Part shown: positions 15,788 through 29,359 of the stretch, piece by piece | How the letters are laid out: every line of letters starts with the position of its first letter | Numbering within the stretch: the stretch's first letter is position 1 | Source: Octopus vulgaris | Lineage: Eukaryota | Length of the DNA stretch: 64,000 nucleotides | Reading direction: 5' to 3' | Assembly: GCA_951406725.2 (NCBI GenBank) | Contig: OX597825.1 | Location: forward strand, 82,274,001 to 82,338,000 | Notes under the pieces: generated by a model | Database searches by the model: none | What the model was told of the DNA's origin: nothing | Seen by the model: only the letters and a program-made list of their open reading frames with translations | Position numbers and translations under genes: made by a program

Positions 15788-16727
15788 GCATATACACGTG
15801 TGTATATATATACGTATATATATACGTATATATATGCGCACATATATACATACATATGTATGTATATGAGCGTATTTTTTCTGTTGGTACACACACACAC
15901 ATATGTATGTATGTATATATGTCTCTATGTCTCACTGTATGTAGCTACATATGTATGGTTTTATGCATGTATGTATGTACGTACGTACGTATGTATGTGT
16001 ACGATCTCCCACCTCAAAGGAAAACGCGACCACAACATAAAATAAGTTGGACTAGAATTACTGTATCAATCTCTCGAGACATTTAGTGATAAAATGATAA
16101 AAATATCATAAACACTGACGACAAACTGCGAAACTTATCCAAGTGTGAAGACAACTAACAGTAATATAAACACAAGGAAAACGTACTTAGAGTGAACCTT
16201 AAACCTGAAAACAAGGAAAATATTGTAAGTTTTAAAAGTGATATCAGTAAGCTGTTTGTTATTTTGGACAGCGCAGAATATGTTACAAAAGTAAATATTT
16301 TAGTACGGATAACTGCCAATTGATCAATATTGTCGATAGATAACACTATTCAAATAAAAATCGAAAGGAATCGAGGAATTATTAGCTACAAAGACTTCTG
16401 TAGTATCTCTCCGTTTCGTTTAAAATAAAGCAGTGTTAAGCTTTGCATTGATGTGTGGTAATAAAACAAAATAATCCCATCTACCTCCTAATCTCCAATA
16501 TTAATACATTCACTCGTAGTCTCGTTAAAAGGATGACGTAGACTTTGAAACTAGAGAGATACTGTAGAAACTATAAACTAGAGAGATGCAACATACGAGA
16601 ATGGGAAGAAAATCTAAGAAATTCTAGAGAAAATGGCTTTTTTAAAGTCAAATCAGAATTCGCGAGCGGTAATAATTACTGGTATTTTACAAAAGTTGCA
16701 CGTATCGATATCAATGTAGAAAGGTTG

Positions 16728-17037
16728 ATGTGTGTTTGTTCCTTCTCGAGTCATGCCTGGCTCATAAGGGATGGTTTCCCGGTTTCCTTGGCGTATAGAT
16801 TCCCCACCTGGACGGGACGCCAATCCATCGCAGGTGAGCTGCAAGATGCAGGAGGAAAGAATGAGAGAAAGTTGTGGCAAAAGAGTCAGCAGAAGTTCGC
16901 CATTACCTTCTGCCGGAGCTGCGTGGAGCTTAGGTGTTTCGCTCATAAACACACACATCGCCCGGTCTGAGATTCGAACCCGCGATCCCTCGACCACTTG
17001 TCCGCTGCTCTAACCAAGTAGGCCATGTACCTCCACA
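16728..17037 (-). mobile_element. Chimeric SINE: family-C-like tRNA head and body with family-D-like 3' module
   Basis: Head and body match 41190-41380. The tail CTGCGATGGA...GAAACCGGGAAACC...ATGAGCC matches 49093-49190. Confidence 0.75.
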
Positions 17038-17189
17038 AGGCAGAAAGGTGATAAATAAAGATCGGAAATGAGGAATAACGATGTATTGGATAGAAAGAAC
17101 TTGGATGTGTTTCAGCCAATGATTGGCCCAGGCCATGTCTATCTTAATAGCACCACCTGATATGATCTGTTAAGTCATTTTAAAGTCAA

Positions 17190-17470
17190 GTTTTGTGATA
17201 TCAGGGCCCATTCAAGTAGGGATTTGTTGACTGAGATATATCCAGGTATTGGTGGCTCATCTGGTATTCCTTGAAGAAACTTGTCCCTGTTTTGTTTGTA
17301 GGAGATGGGATCTTTTTTTTTTTTTGATTTGTTTCGGAATACTGTTAAATAATGGAGGCCATGTTGAGGAAAATAAATTGTGCTGAAGTGAATTTGTCTT
17401 GTGATCCACAACTGTGTAGGGCGGCATATGGCATGTGGTCCCTGCCCTGGATGAAGTCGATTAAAAAAAA
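17190..17470 (-). mobile_element. CR1/L2-group LINE ORF2 3' relic
   Basis: Frameshifted translation PPLFNSIPKQI...YKQNRDKFLQGIPDEPPIPGY, typical of CR1/L2-type ORF2 C-termini. Confidence 0.55.
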
Positions 17471-17801
17471 AATCAATAACAAGCCAGAGAAGTGAAAACG
17501 TGTGAATTTTAACCGAAAGTTGAGGAAAGATTCAGTGAAGTCTTGAATGGACATAGTTGGGTGAAATTTTAAACTGAAGAAATCGTAGTAAAAACATATA
17601 ACTAGATCCTTTTCTTTTTTATCTAGTTATATGTTTTATAAAAATATATTTTGTTTTTTATTTATGATTTGGTTTATGTCTATCATTCTTTGCATTGCAT
17701 AATAGTGGTTTTTCTCTAATTTAGTATATATTATATATTTATATTGTGAAATTTGATTTAATACTAAACTGAATTTTTCCCTGTAAGTTTGGAGTTATAC
17801 T

Positions 17802-17871
<70 letters not shown>

Positions 17872-18630
17872 GTCTGTGTTTGTGTGTATGTAGGTATATG
17901 TGTATGGGGAAGAAGCGGGGTGTGTGTGTGCACTGTTGTAACGTCCCATCTAGTAAGTAAATTACCTTGTCGTTGTTGTTGTTGTTGTTGTTGTTGTCGT
18001 TGTTGTAGTTAATGGTGTTGAAAGTGTGTTTTGAAGTTTTCGTAATGACAGATTTAATTGGTCGTCGGATGGAATTTTACAATTTTCTTCGAACCCCTCC
18101 CCTTCTATCCCACCAACCCCCCCAACAACTGAAAGGAACACACGCAGAACTAGCAAAGGGCTGTTATAGGGTGGGACTAATAGGTTCAGCTTGTCTTCTC
18201 TGGTAGCAAAGAACAGCCCTTATTTTACTTTGAAAAGGAATCGGTTTTCGCTTACGACCTAAGTGTGTGATGTTAGTACAATGTGAACACAAAGAAGGAC
18301 AGCAACCGATAAATCGCGAAGGAAAGTAGGACTTGCCAAGCAGTCTTCTGTAAAATTACTTAGCTTTAACAAACATATAAAGCAGGAGATGTTGAAACAA
18401 ATGTCACTTCGAAGTGGGTTATTTCTGAAATGTCTAAGATCTTTCGACGTTGCGATGACACAAAAACCTGCAAATCGTCAGGAATTGATATGAAATCGCT
18501 CGATATCTATTTGGATCAATCTTAAAAGGAATTAAAATCTGCAACACAACAACAAGAACGGCAACAACAACGATAACGAAAGATCAACGTGGGAGCTTCC
18601 CACACGATCGCAAGGCATACTGGAAATGGG

Positions 18631-18765
18631 TTCTTCTTCTTCTTCTTCTTCTTCTTCTTCTTCTTCTTCTTCTTCTTCTTCTTCTTCTTCTTCTTCTTCT
18701 TCTTCTTCATCTTCTTCTTCTTCTTTTTCTTCTTTTTCATCTTTTTCATCTTCTTCATCTTCTTC
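18631..18765. repeat. (TTC)n microsatellite
   Basis: Read directly from the sequence. Confidence 0.97.
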
Positions 18766-19185
18766 AAGCTGGCAGAATCTTTAGCAGGCCGGGCGAAATG
18801 CTTAGTGGCATTTCGGCCGTCGCTACGTTCCGAGTTCAAATTCCACCGAGGTCGACTTTGCCGTTCATCCTTTCGAGGCCGATAAACTAAGTACCAAATG
18901 AACTCTGGGGGTCGATGTAACTGACCAGTCCCCTCCCATCAAAATTACAAGCCGTCTGCCTTTTGTAGAAAGGATTATTATTATTATTATTATTATTATT
19001 GAGGCGGTGAGCTGGCAGAACCGTTAGCACGCAGGGTAAAATGCTTAGCGGCAGTTCGTCTGTTATTACGTTCTGAGTTCAAATCCTGCCGAGGTCAACT
19101 TTGTCTGTCATTGCTTTTGGTGGTGGATGTAATCAGCTCTCCCCGTCCCACAAGATTTCAGGCAATGTGCCTATAGCAGAAAAGC
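18766..19185 (+). mobile_element. SINE family A, two diverged copies separated by (ATT)n
   Basis: Match to the window consensus. Confidence 0.8.
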
Positions 19186-19208
19186 TTATCAATATTACCA
19201 TTATCTAA

Positions 19209-19760
19209 ATGTTAAACGTCGTAAACAGTGGCTTGGTAAAAGGGGGAAAAGCTCAACAACAACCGAGAAGGGAACTTCAGGGGGGAAAAAGGTTCTTCTC
19301 TCTATCTGGTGGGATTGCAAAGGAGTAATTCACTTTGAATTGTTACCACCTAATGCAACAATCAATGCTCAAGTCTACTGTCAGCAATCAGTGCGTTTGA
19401 ACCAAGCTTCGAAGAAAAAAGAGACCCGCTTTAGTGAATCGTAAAGGAGTAATGTTTCATCAGGACAATGCGCGACCCCACACTGCAAAGATTACATCAC
19501 AGAAAATCGAAGAGATTGGTTGGGGAAAAATCCCTTATCCACCTTATTATCCCGACCTTGTTTCTTCAGACTACCATTTGTTTCGTAGTTTACAGAATCA
19601 TTTGGGGGACATAACTTTCGCAAGCCAGGAGGAGGTCGAAACTGACATTTCAGAGTTCTTCGCTTTGAAACCAAAGAAAGATTTACATTGATGGGATTTA
19701 AAAGCTTGTAAGTAGATGGAAGGAAATCATAGATAATCGGGGAAAGTACATTGGTAGTTA
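19209..19760 (+). pseudogene. mariner (DD34D) transposase catalytic-domain relic, frameshifted
   Basis: KVLLSIWWDCKGVIHFELLPPNATINAQVYCQQ ... FHQDNARPHT ... PYYPDLVSSDYHLFRSLQNHL ... KLVSRWKEIIDNRGKY. These are the hallmark mariner DNARPH and YSPDLAPSD-like motifs. Confidence 0.93.
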
Positions 19761-19769
19761 AATTTCGAC

Positions 19770-20096
19770 AGAACTTATGGGATGACTTGATATTTGGTTT
19801 TGTACATAGTGTTGTTCTAGAGAATGCTTAAGAAACCATAAGAAAATTGTGTTTGTTTTAAAATTTGAGATTACATAGAAAGTATTTTGCGTAGGATAAG
19901 GGCAGTTCCCATGAGCACTATCTTTTGAATTTCTGTCATTTTGGTGTTTCCTGGTATCTGAGCTAGGTTGCAATCAGCCCCTTTCGCTACCATTCCCAGG
20001 GCACCTATGACTACAGGTATTGTTTTAGTCCTGAGGTTCCACATTTTGCTAATTTCTATTTCAAGATCTTTATACTTCCTCAGTTTTCCACAGGTC
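19770..20096 (-). mobile_element. Dong/R4-clade non-LTR retrotransposon 3' end (restriction-like endonuclease tail plus 3' UTR)
   Basis: 20095-19871 reads KLRKYKDLEIEISKMWNLRTKTIPVVIGALGMV...EIQKIVLMGTALILRKILSM*. It abuts (ATT)n. Confidence 0.8.
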
Positions 20097-20120
20097 TTTA
20101 TTATTATTATTATTATTATA

Positions 20121-20189
<69 letters not shown>

Positions 20190-20193
<4 letters not shown>

Positions 20194-20452
20194 TAGTTTT
20201 ATTTTTTTATAGCGTGCTTTCACTTCACTACCGAGCGCAGCTCTGTGTGCCTTGGGTATGTGCTGTGATTTGTTGTGATGCTCTGATGGTTATTGTATGG
20301 AAAGTGTTCTGCGTAGGATGTGTGCAGTGCCTAGTAGTGCAATTTTCTGTACGTCATATGTGTTTGTAAGTCCTGGTGTTCTTGTTATGTATTTGTCTGA
20401 ATATTTTTTATCATGCCTAATGCACCTACTATGATAGGAATTGTTTCTGTCC
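20190..20452 (-). mobile_element. Dong/R4-type 3' fragment, second subfamily, embedded in (ATT)n
   Basis: TETIPIIVGALGMIK/YSDKYITRTPGL...VQKIALLGTAHILRRTLSIQ*, with ATT arrays on both sides. Confidence 0.78.
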
Positions 20453-20496
<44 letters not shown>

Positions 20497-20645
20497 TTTT
20501 TTTTTTTTTTTTTTTCTTCTTCTTTCAAATTTGCTTCCATTTCTTGCCGAGTGTATTCCCGACTCCTAGGGCAGAGAAACTCATAGTATACATTGGTAGG
20601 CCATTAAACTAAACTCACTAGTTCGTTCAATTTTTTAAAAGTTAA

Positions 20646-20720
<75 letters not shown>

Positions 20721-21560
20721 TACTACTGTAGCTGAACTTCACGGTCTAGTGTTTTACACCATACGGAAACACGATTACTTTGACTTTACATTGTTTAATA
20801 TTCTGTTTCGTTTCATACAAAGAATCCCACAACCTATTTCATTTTTATTATTGTTCCTCTAATTCAACAACCGTTACACTTAATCTCTCCGCCATATCAC
20901 TTACTTCGCTTTTCACGCTATTTTTCCCCCTCTTCTTAATTTGTACTTTTCGTGTTTATATTTTTGCTTAGTGAGTTCCAAATCCATTCACCATGTGTTA
21001 CTTTTGTCGTTGTCACCTCTCTCATCTGAAGTGAAAGAAAAAAAATTTCCTGATACATTAATTTTGATTTATTTGCCCGCCGCCATATTGTAGATTTCTT
21101 TAACACTCTTCAGTAATCCACTTTATTGTTTCCTCTGTTTATTATCAGATTTCTTGCTTATTATATTTATTATATTTCTGTCTATTATTATATTTTTGTA
21201 CACTTCCTCTGTTTATTATCATAATTTTTCTTTGTTTTCTTAGAATCCACGATTCTTTAAATTTATGAAGGAAAAGCTTCGTGAAAATACTATAAACATT
21301 ATAAAGGAATAATAAATAAGAAAAGGCTTAGATTAAATAAAGTGTTGTAATATAAAGTATGTTTCAAAGTAAAACTTTGCAAATGGCAAATGTAAGATAT
21401 TTTAATGGAAATTTCACAATGCTGATTGTTTAGCTTGGAGTGAAACAAAACAAGTGATATTTATATGTTAAATATGCGATGTAAGATGTAATTTCATTGT
21501 TGCTCAAAAGACAAAAATTATAAAACAAATCCTAGAACGAATTCTAAGACGCGCGCACAC

Positions 21561-21626
<66 letters not shown>

Positions 21627-21892
21627 ATACACATGCACACACACACACATCTAACTATTTAAGCGGAAAAGAAAGTGCTTGAAGTCCTTTGATAGAGTAT
21701 ATTCATTCGTGTCATACTGAAGGTTCAGTCATCTGTTACTCAGAGTTTCCTCACTGCTTGCGATCATTCAGGCGATATACATACATACATACATAGGGGA
21801 GAATTCACAAAAAAACCCCCAAATAAGACGAAGACAGGTGGTGTAGACAACAAACAGATGTATTAGTTTAGCGCTCGGGAAGTGAAAAAGTG

Positions 21893-21927
21893 TTTTACGT
21901 TTCGAGCCTACGCTCTTCAACAGAAAA
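21893..21927 (-). ncRNA. Minimal hammerhead-like fold, CUGU-variant family (element ~21795-21995)
   Basis: Reverse complement reads TTTT CTGTTGA A GAGC gtag GCTC GAAA C GTA AAA. Confidence 0.55.
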
Positions 21928-22480
21928 GAACACAGAAAGAAACAAGGAGAGGAAATAAAGAATGTATAGTGGCTAGCGATCTATCATGGTGAATACTTAC
22001 ATACATATACTTATATATTGCTGTATATGCATGTATGTAAGCACACACACATCACTGTATATTTTTGTTTTATCTTTTGTTTCTGTCGTTAATTCCAATG
22101 GCTTCTGTTTTGCTGCATTTACTTGCTTTTGTTTGTTTTAATTTTTTCTTTTGAGATTCTCAGGTTCCATCCCTTCTATCTCTTACTTTGTCATGTCATC
22201 CGTCAACAACCAGTCAGATCTGGGTCATATATTGAAAAATAATTATATTCCCTCACGCCTTATGGAATTGCAGCAACAATCAGTCAAGTGAAACGCCGAA
22301 AGAAAATGGCGCCAGAAATATCAGGTTTGTATACAAAGAAAAAAAAAAAGAACCGACGGAAGGCAGAGAGAAGAATGTTGAGTCTAACTAATCAGGAGAA
22401 TATTTATTTATTTACCTATTTTGTCATTCATGAATCTGAATGATTTTTCTGTATTTTTGCAGGTACGGCACAGACACACA

Positions 22481-22549
<69 letters not shown>

Positions 22550-22902
22550 ACGCACACGCACACAATAATGGAATTCACGAACGTGAAAAGGTTGTGAAGG
22601 TTATAAAAAACGTGGACAGCAAGTCTATACAGGGGATCGATCGCTGCACCTCTCAAATCCCCGGTGAACTCTCTGTAACGTTAAGCTAAGAAGCTCTCTG
22701 ACGACAAATGTCATTTTATAATGCCAAGTAATAATAGTAATACATAAAAGAGTAAAAGATTAAAAGTTCAGTTCCTTACGGCCGTTTCTGCCAAGTGGCC
22801 ACAATATTCTCCATGCTAAATCCATCTCTTCAGTGTTCTGTAGTGATCGGTAGATAGAGTTTGGATGTTAGTTGGTTGGCTTCCCAACCTCGAACTCTCA
22901 CG

Positions 22903-22938
<36 letters not shown>

Positions 22939-22990
22939 ACAGCTCGTGAGTTGAAACTAGATAAAAAAAAATATATATATATATATATAT

Positions 22991-23046
<56 letters not shown>

Positions 23047-23570
23047 TATTAATTTTGAATTTTGGCACAAGGCCAGTTATTTGGGGGAAGAGTGAATGTC
23101 AATTACCTTTTGTCGATTCCGAAAGGACGTAATGCAATATCAAATTGTGAGGCTGGGGCCCCACCGTTCATTGTCCTTAATACGATAGCTATGATCACTA
23201 GAACATAATATGGTTGTGGAATATGTCTTATATATCACACAGTTTGTAGAGCGTCCATTATGTAAAATATGTGTGCTTACGTGTAGCCTCGTTTCAATGG
23301 CTAATAAGCTATCTTCGTAACCACCATGTCTCGGTTTCGGTTCCACTGCATGTCAATTAGGGTGGATATCTTTTATAGTCTCTCCTTACGTCCCCTGATA
23401 CACTGGATAATCGTTTGTTTGTGTCCCCGTAACCTAGTGTCACCGTAAAATATTGCCGATATAATAAGTATTGTGGTCGAATTGCTTAACTAAAACCAAT
23501 CAAATTGGTGCTCCAGCATGGTCGTGGTTTAATGACGGAAACAAGTGAATGAATAAAAGAATGTAACACT

Positions 23571-23623
<53 letters not shown>

Positions 23624-23843
23624 CACCTTACATCCTTTCTCTCACACATATAAATACATATATGCAAACACATACACACAAGCACATACACACAAGCACA
23701 TACATACATAGACATATGTGTGTGTATATATATATATTTATACCACACACACACATATATACGTTTATGAAACATAAAATAACCTAGTGAAATGAGAGCT
23801 AAGGCAACCTGTTACTCAATCTATCAGCACCAAGATACATACA

Positions 23844-23878
<35 letters not shown>

Positions 23879-23922
23879 GTGTGTGTGTATAATATATTTA
23901 TATATATTATACATATGCATAT

Positions 23923-24008
<86 letters not shown>

Positions 24009-24058
24009 CAGACAGAAAAAGAGAGACAGGTAGATACATACATATATATATATATATA

Positions 24059-24095
<37 letters not shown>

Positions 24096-24484
24096 AGAGA
24101 AAGGAAGAAAAGGGAGATTAGATGTAAGGGTATTTTGGTAACATACTTGTTACTTAATACCCTAAGACACAGCAGGGTAGATAAGAATAGAAAGTAGATT
24201 GTCAGCAAAACTAAACCAGGCCTGCATAGAAATACAAAAATCAACAGAACTGGGTGGGGTGAGGTGGGTGTTCCAGGACTTCAAAGGAATAACTTGTAAG
24301 AATCGTCAAGAAGAAACGGAAAACTACAAGAACCTAGTCTCCTCTCGAAGACTAATCTTAAGAAATAGTCACAGTTTAGGTTCTTCAAACAAGTGTTTCC
24401 AAGTTCACTGCTGCTTTATATGAGGGTGGACCATTCCATATCTAATTTAGGAGATCTAGGTATTTCCTATGTGTTTGTGTGTAC

Positions 24485-24578
<94 letters not shown>

Positions 24579-24647
24579 GTGCGTGTGTGCGTGTATGGGA
24601 GTATATGTATATATGTATATATACACATATATCATGAGTTAAATAAT

Positions 24648-25261
24648 CTTTTCTACTCTAGGCACAAGGCCCAAAATTTTGGGGGAGGGGATCTAGTCGA
24701 TTAGATCAACCCCAGTACGCAACTGGTAGTTAATTTATTGATCCCGAAAGGATGAAAGGCAAAGTCGACCTCGGAGGAATTTGAACTCAGAACGTAAAAA
24801 CAGACGAAATATCGCAAAGCATTTCGCCCTGCGTGCTAACGTTTCTTATTTCTTTATTGCCCACAAGGGGCTAAACATAGAGAGGACAAACAAGGACAGA
24901 CAAAGGGATTAAGTCGATTACAACAACCCCTGTACGCAACTGGTACTTAATTTATCGACCCCGAAAGGATGAATGGAAAGTCGACCTCGGAGGAATTTGA
25001 ACACTCTACGTAAAGCCAGACGAAATACCTATTTCTTTACTACCCACCAGGGGCTAAACACAGAGAGGACAAACAAGGACAGAGAAACGGATTATGTCGA
25101 TTATATCGACCCCAGTGCGTAACTGGTACTTAATTAATCGACCCCGAAATGATGACAGGCAAAGTCGACCTCGGCGGAATTTGAACTCAGAACGTAGCGG
25201 CAGACGAAATACCACTAAGAATTTCGCCCGGCCTGCTAACATTTCTGGCAGCTCGCTGCCT
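24648..25261 (-). mobile_element. Tandem/nested array of three SINE family A copies
   Basis: The core GTCGACCTCGG...GAATTTGAAC repeats three times; junctions lie at ~24845 and ~25030. Confidence 0.88.
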
Positions 25262-25613
25262 TTAATAGCAGACGATCAGTAATTGTCAGCTCATTAAAGC
25301 TGTTTCTTACGCATATTTTTAATAGGAGAATGAGAACAGTTTCTTCTTTACAAAAAACTGTAATCACCAGATGAAACGTAATTTTACAAAGGAAAAGAAT
25401 ATGTCAAGAATACAGCAGGGATGTGGCTGAAGTCTGTCGAGGCTAACAATGAAATGAGAGAATGGCCAACATAATTGGCCGTTGTGGGCATTAGGGTGTG
25501 GGGTTAGGTTAAGAATATAGTTTGTGAAAGGGTGTAATATGATATTTAAAGATTCTATCTGAACCCTATCTGAATCCTTATTATACTATGTATATACATG
25601 TGTATATACATAC

Positions 25614-25667
<54 letters not shown>

Positions 25668-25668
<1 letters not shown>

Positions 25669-25832
25669 ACGGGATTCTTTCAGTTTCCGTCTACCAAATC
25701 CCCATGGCAAGGCTTTGGTCGGTCTGAGGCTATAGTAGAAGACACTTGCCCAAGGTACTAAGCAATGAGACGGAACCCGGAACCATGAGGTTCGTAAGCA
25801 AGCTACTTACCACACAGATACTTCTGCGCCTA
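25668..25832 (-). mobile_element. SINE family B 5' half
   Basis: Match to the family B consensus. Confidence 0.8.
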
Positions 25833-25853
25833 TATAACAACAACAACAACAAC

Positions 25854-25887
<34 letters not shown>

Positions 25888-25958
25888 GTATATCTATGTA
25901 TGTGTATATACATGTATATGCAGATACAAATATGTGCATGTGTGTGCGTGCACATATG

Positions 25959-26009
<51 letters not shown>

Positions 26010-26639
26010 GTGTGTGTGTGTGAATAATATTCAGCGAAAGTAGTCTTCTGAAGTTCTCTGTTTCTCCAGGAATTCTTTGGTAAATTTCTACGTGAAATAT
26101 TTATATTTCTCCTCCAATTCTTCTCTTTATTTCTTAGAATCATGAAATCCCTAGATAACAAGAATCAAAACTGCAGATTACTCTTACCATTCTTCACAGA
26201 TTCTGTACAAGAATAAAGGAAAAAAACAAACAAAAAAAACGGTAAGTCGAAAATCCTAGAAATTTTATACGAAGCATCTCTGTCATTTACCGATCTAACC
26301 GAAGACGTTTGTTTAGAATCTTCCCTTGAAAAACTCATTGAAGAATATTGTTACTGTCTTGAAGCAATAAACAAACACACCTACATCTGGGTAAGCAATA
26401 TCGTTGTAGTCCCTAATGATTTTCCGTATGTATGTGCGAGGGCTACTTCGCACCACATGTGTGAGTGCTTGTTTATGTGTGTGTGTGCGTGTGTGCGTGT
26501 GTATGTGTGTGTGTGTGTGCGCGCGCGCTCGAGCCCGTGTATGCATATATATATATTTCTATATGTAAATACAAACATGCTCTAATATACGCGTACATAC
26601 ATGTTTACATACTTAATACATACATATATACATATATAC

Positions 26640-26825
<186 letters not shown>

Positions 26826-26993
26826 TATATATATATATATACATATATATGTGTGTGTATATATATATCTTAATGACTGTAACATGAGGTCTGTTCCAAA
26901 GGTTATCAGTAACCGAAACGGGAAACAGTGAAATGAACCGCTTTACCATTCCGTGAGGCTTCGGTAGTTTTTACAGCAAAATCCCTCATTTAC

Positions 26994-27054
<61 letters not shown>

Positions 27055-27252
27055 GTCTGTGTGTGTGTGTATGTGATTTTAGTGTGAAAACTACCGAAGC
27101 TTCTCGGAATGTCAATTTGAAGAAAAACGAGAAAGGTTGCGCTTCCTTGACAAGAGGTCTTTTGTCTGAAAATCTAAGCCGTTATTTCTACATACATACA
27201 TTCCTACACACACACACACGCACACACACACACAAACACACATGCACACACA

Positions 27253-27312
<60 letters not shown>

Positions 27313-27946
27313 TACATGCACTTATACAGACATACATGCAGACAATCATACATACACACACTCATATATGTATAGCATTCTGTTATGGTTATATGTATCC
27401 ATGGTATATTCATCCACTGAAACATTAGTTTCAGGTTTTTCACTTCATCGAATAACTGAATCCCCGTCGTTGAATAACGGGGATCCAATAATACCAGCAG
27501 TGGCAGCATCACCACCACCACTACCACCACCACCACCACCACCACCACCACCACCACCACCACCACCACCACCACCACCATAAAGGATTTGTTATAAAGG
27601 CGTATTGTAATATATATTAATTGTCTAATATTTTTGAAGAAGGGTAGGCGGCGAGTCATTAGCCAATTGGGCAAAATGCTTAGCAGTATTTTGCAAGTCT
27701 TTACCTTCTGAGTTCAAATTTCGCCGAAGTCGACTTCGCCTTTCATTCTCGATTAGGTAAGTACCAGCTGCATATTGCGTTCGCTTAAATCGTGTAGACC
27801 TCCTCCTCCAAAACTTCAAGCCATGTGCCTTGAAATGTGAGTGGATTTGGTAGACGAAAAAGAAAAAATGCTCGTCCTATATATACAGGATAGTGGTACT
27901 CGAAATAGCAGTCGATGATATACGACACTATAGTAAAGCTTCACTG

Positions 27947-28001
<55 letters not shown>

Positions 28002-28289
28002 ACAAAGGGTAAAATTAATTAATTAAGAAGAAATCAGTAATTTCACCAAGTAGAATTCGGCATGAAAAAGACCAATTCATAGTAAGCTTAAGTAATACTT
28101 TATATTAGGGTTCAGCAAAGTAACCTAATATCGATTGATTTCCGTTATTTTCCCCCTTGCCTGCGTGGATTGTTTTCAAGTACTTTGGTTTTCTGGGAGC
28201 CCCCTTTATAGTAGAAGGAATAGCTAAGATTTTTTGACTGCTATTTCTAAACTTCGGTATGTGGTGAAGCAAATCTTTGCTGAACCCTA

Positions 28290-28324
<35 letters not shown>

Positions 28325-28416
28325 CTGGCAAAAATGCTTACGGGCGGCGAGCATAAAAGATTTCATCTTACCTGTAGGAAGAAACATTAAATAAATGTAT
28401 AACCCAGATGTTTATA

Positions 28417-28490
28417 ATCTAGGACCTAGGTTTCGAACTTTCCAAATTACGTTTGTTAACGTAAATTTGTTTAGTTCTCTTCGGCTAGAT
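28417..28490 (-). ncRNA. Type-I hammerhead ribozyme fold with extended helix II
   Basis: Reverse complement reads ATCTAG CCGAAGA GAACT-(inner hairpin)-AGTTC GAAA CCTAGG TC CTAGAT. Helix I is a perfect 6 bp, helix III is the palindrome ACCTAGGT, and the site is GUC. Confidence 0.75.
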
Positions 28491-28817
28491 AAACTTTACC
28501 TAGATAAAATTCACCTAAAATTCACCAGCGATGGTGCCCCAGCATGGCCGCGGCCTTCAGGCTAAAACATTTTAAAGGATATTTTAAGGATTTAGATAAA
28601 AATTCAAATGTCGCTACATCGATGCCAGTATTTACTCATCTGAAAGGCCTAGCTGTTAACAGACCGAGAACAGGGGAAAAGCTTTCAAACAAAAAATTAT
28701 TAAATAATGAAATACAGTAGTATTGCTTCCTAGAACAAAGCACCATGAGGTTAAAGTATATATATATATATATAGGGTAGTGGTACAACAACGCCCCAAT
28801 ATTAGCGTGTGTATGTT

Positions 28818-29111
<294 letters not shown>

Positions 29112-29309
29112 AATTTTTTTGTGTAATAAGATAAGAAACCAAGGCTGTATAGATATTAGAGCATTTATAGATAGAAGGTCTTCCAGCTGTCTCTGGGATA
29201 TTAATTAATAATAACCCTTTATCGGAGACGGTGTGAGAGGAAAATTATTCTGCATTACCTGACACCTTTGGGTCTCAATGACACCATTATCTCTTATATA
29301 TATATATAT

Positions 29310-29359
<50 letters not shown>

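Noticed and set aside
16112-16150. CTGACGA...CGAAA motif
   Set aside because: Helix II is not formed properly, G occupies the cleavage position and helix I is negligible; likely chance.
24648-25261. Repeat-spacer-like periodicity suggesting a CRISPR array
   Set aside because: The units are ~200-bp nested SINE copies in eukaryotic DNA, with no unique spacers and no cas genes.
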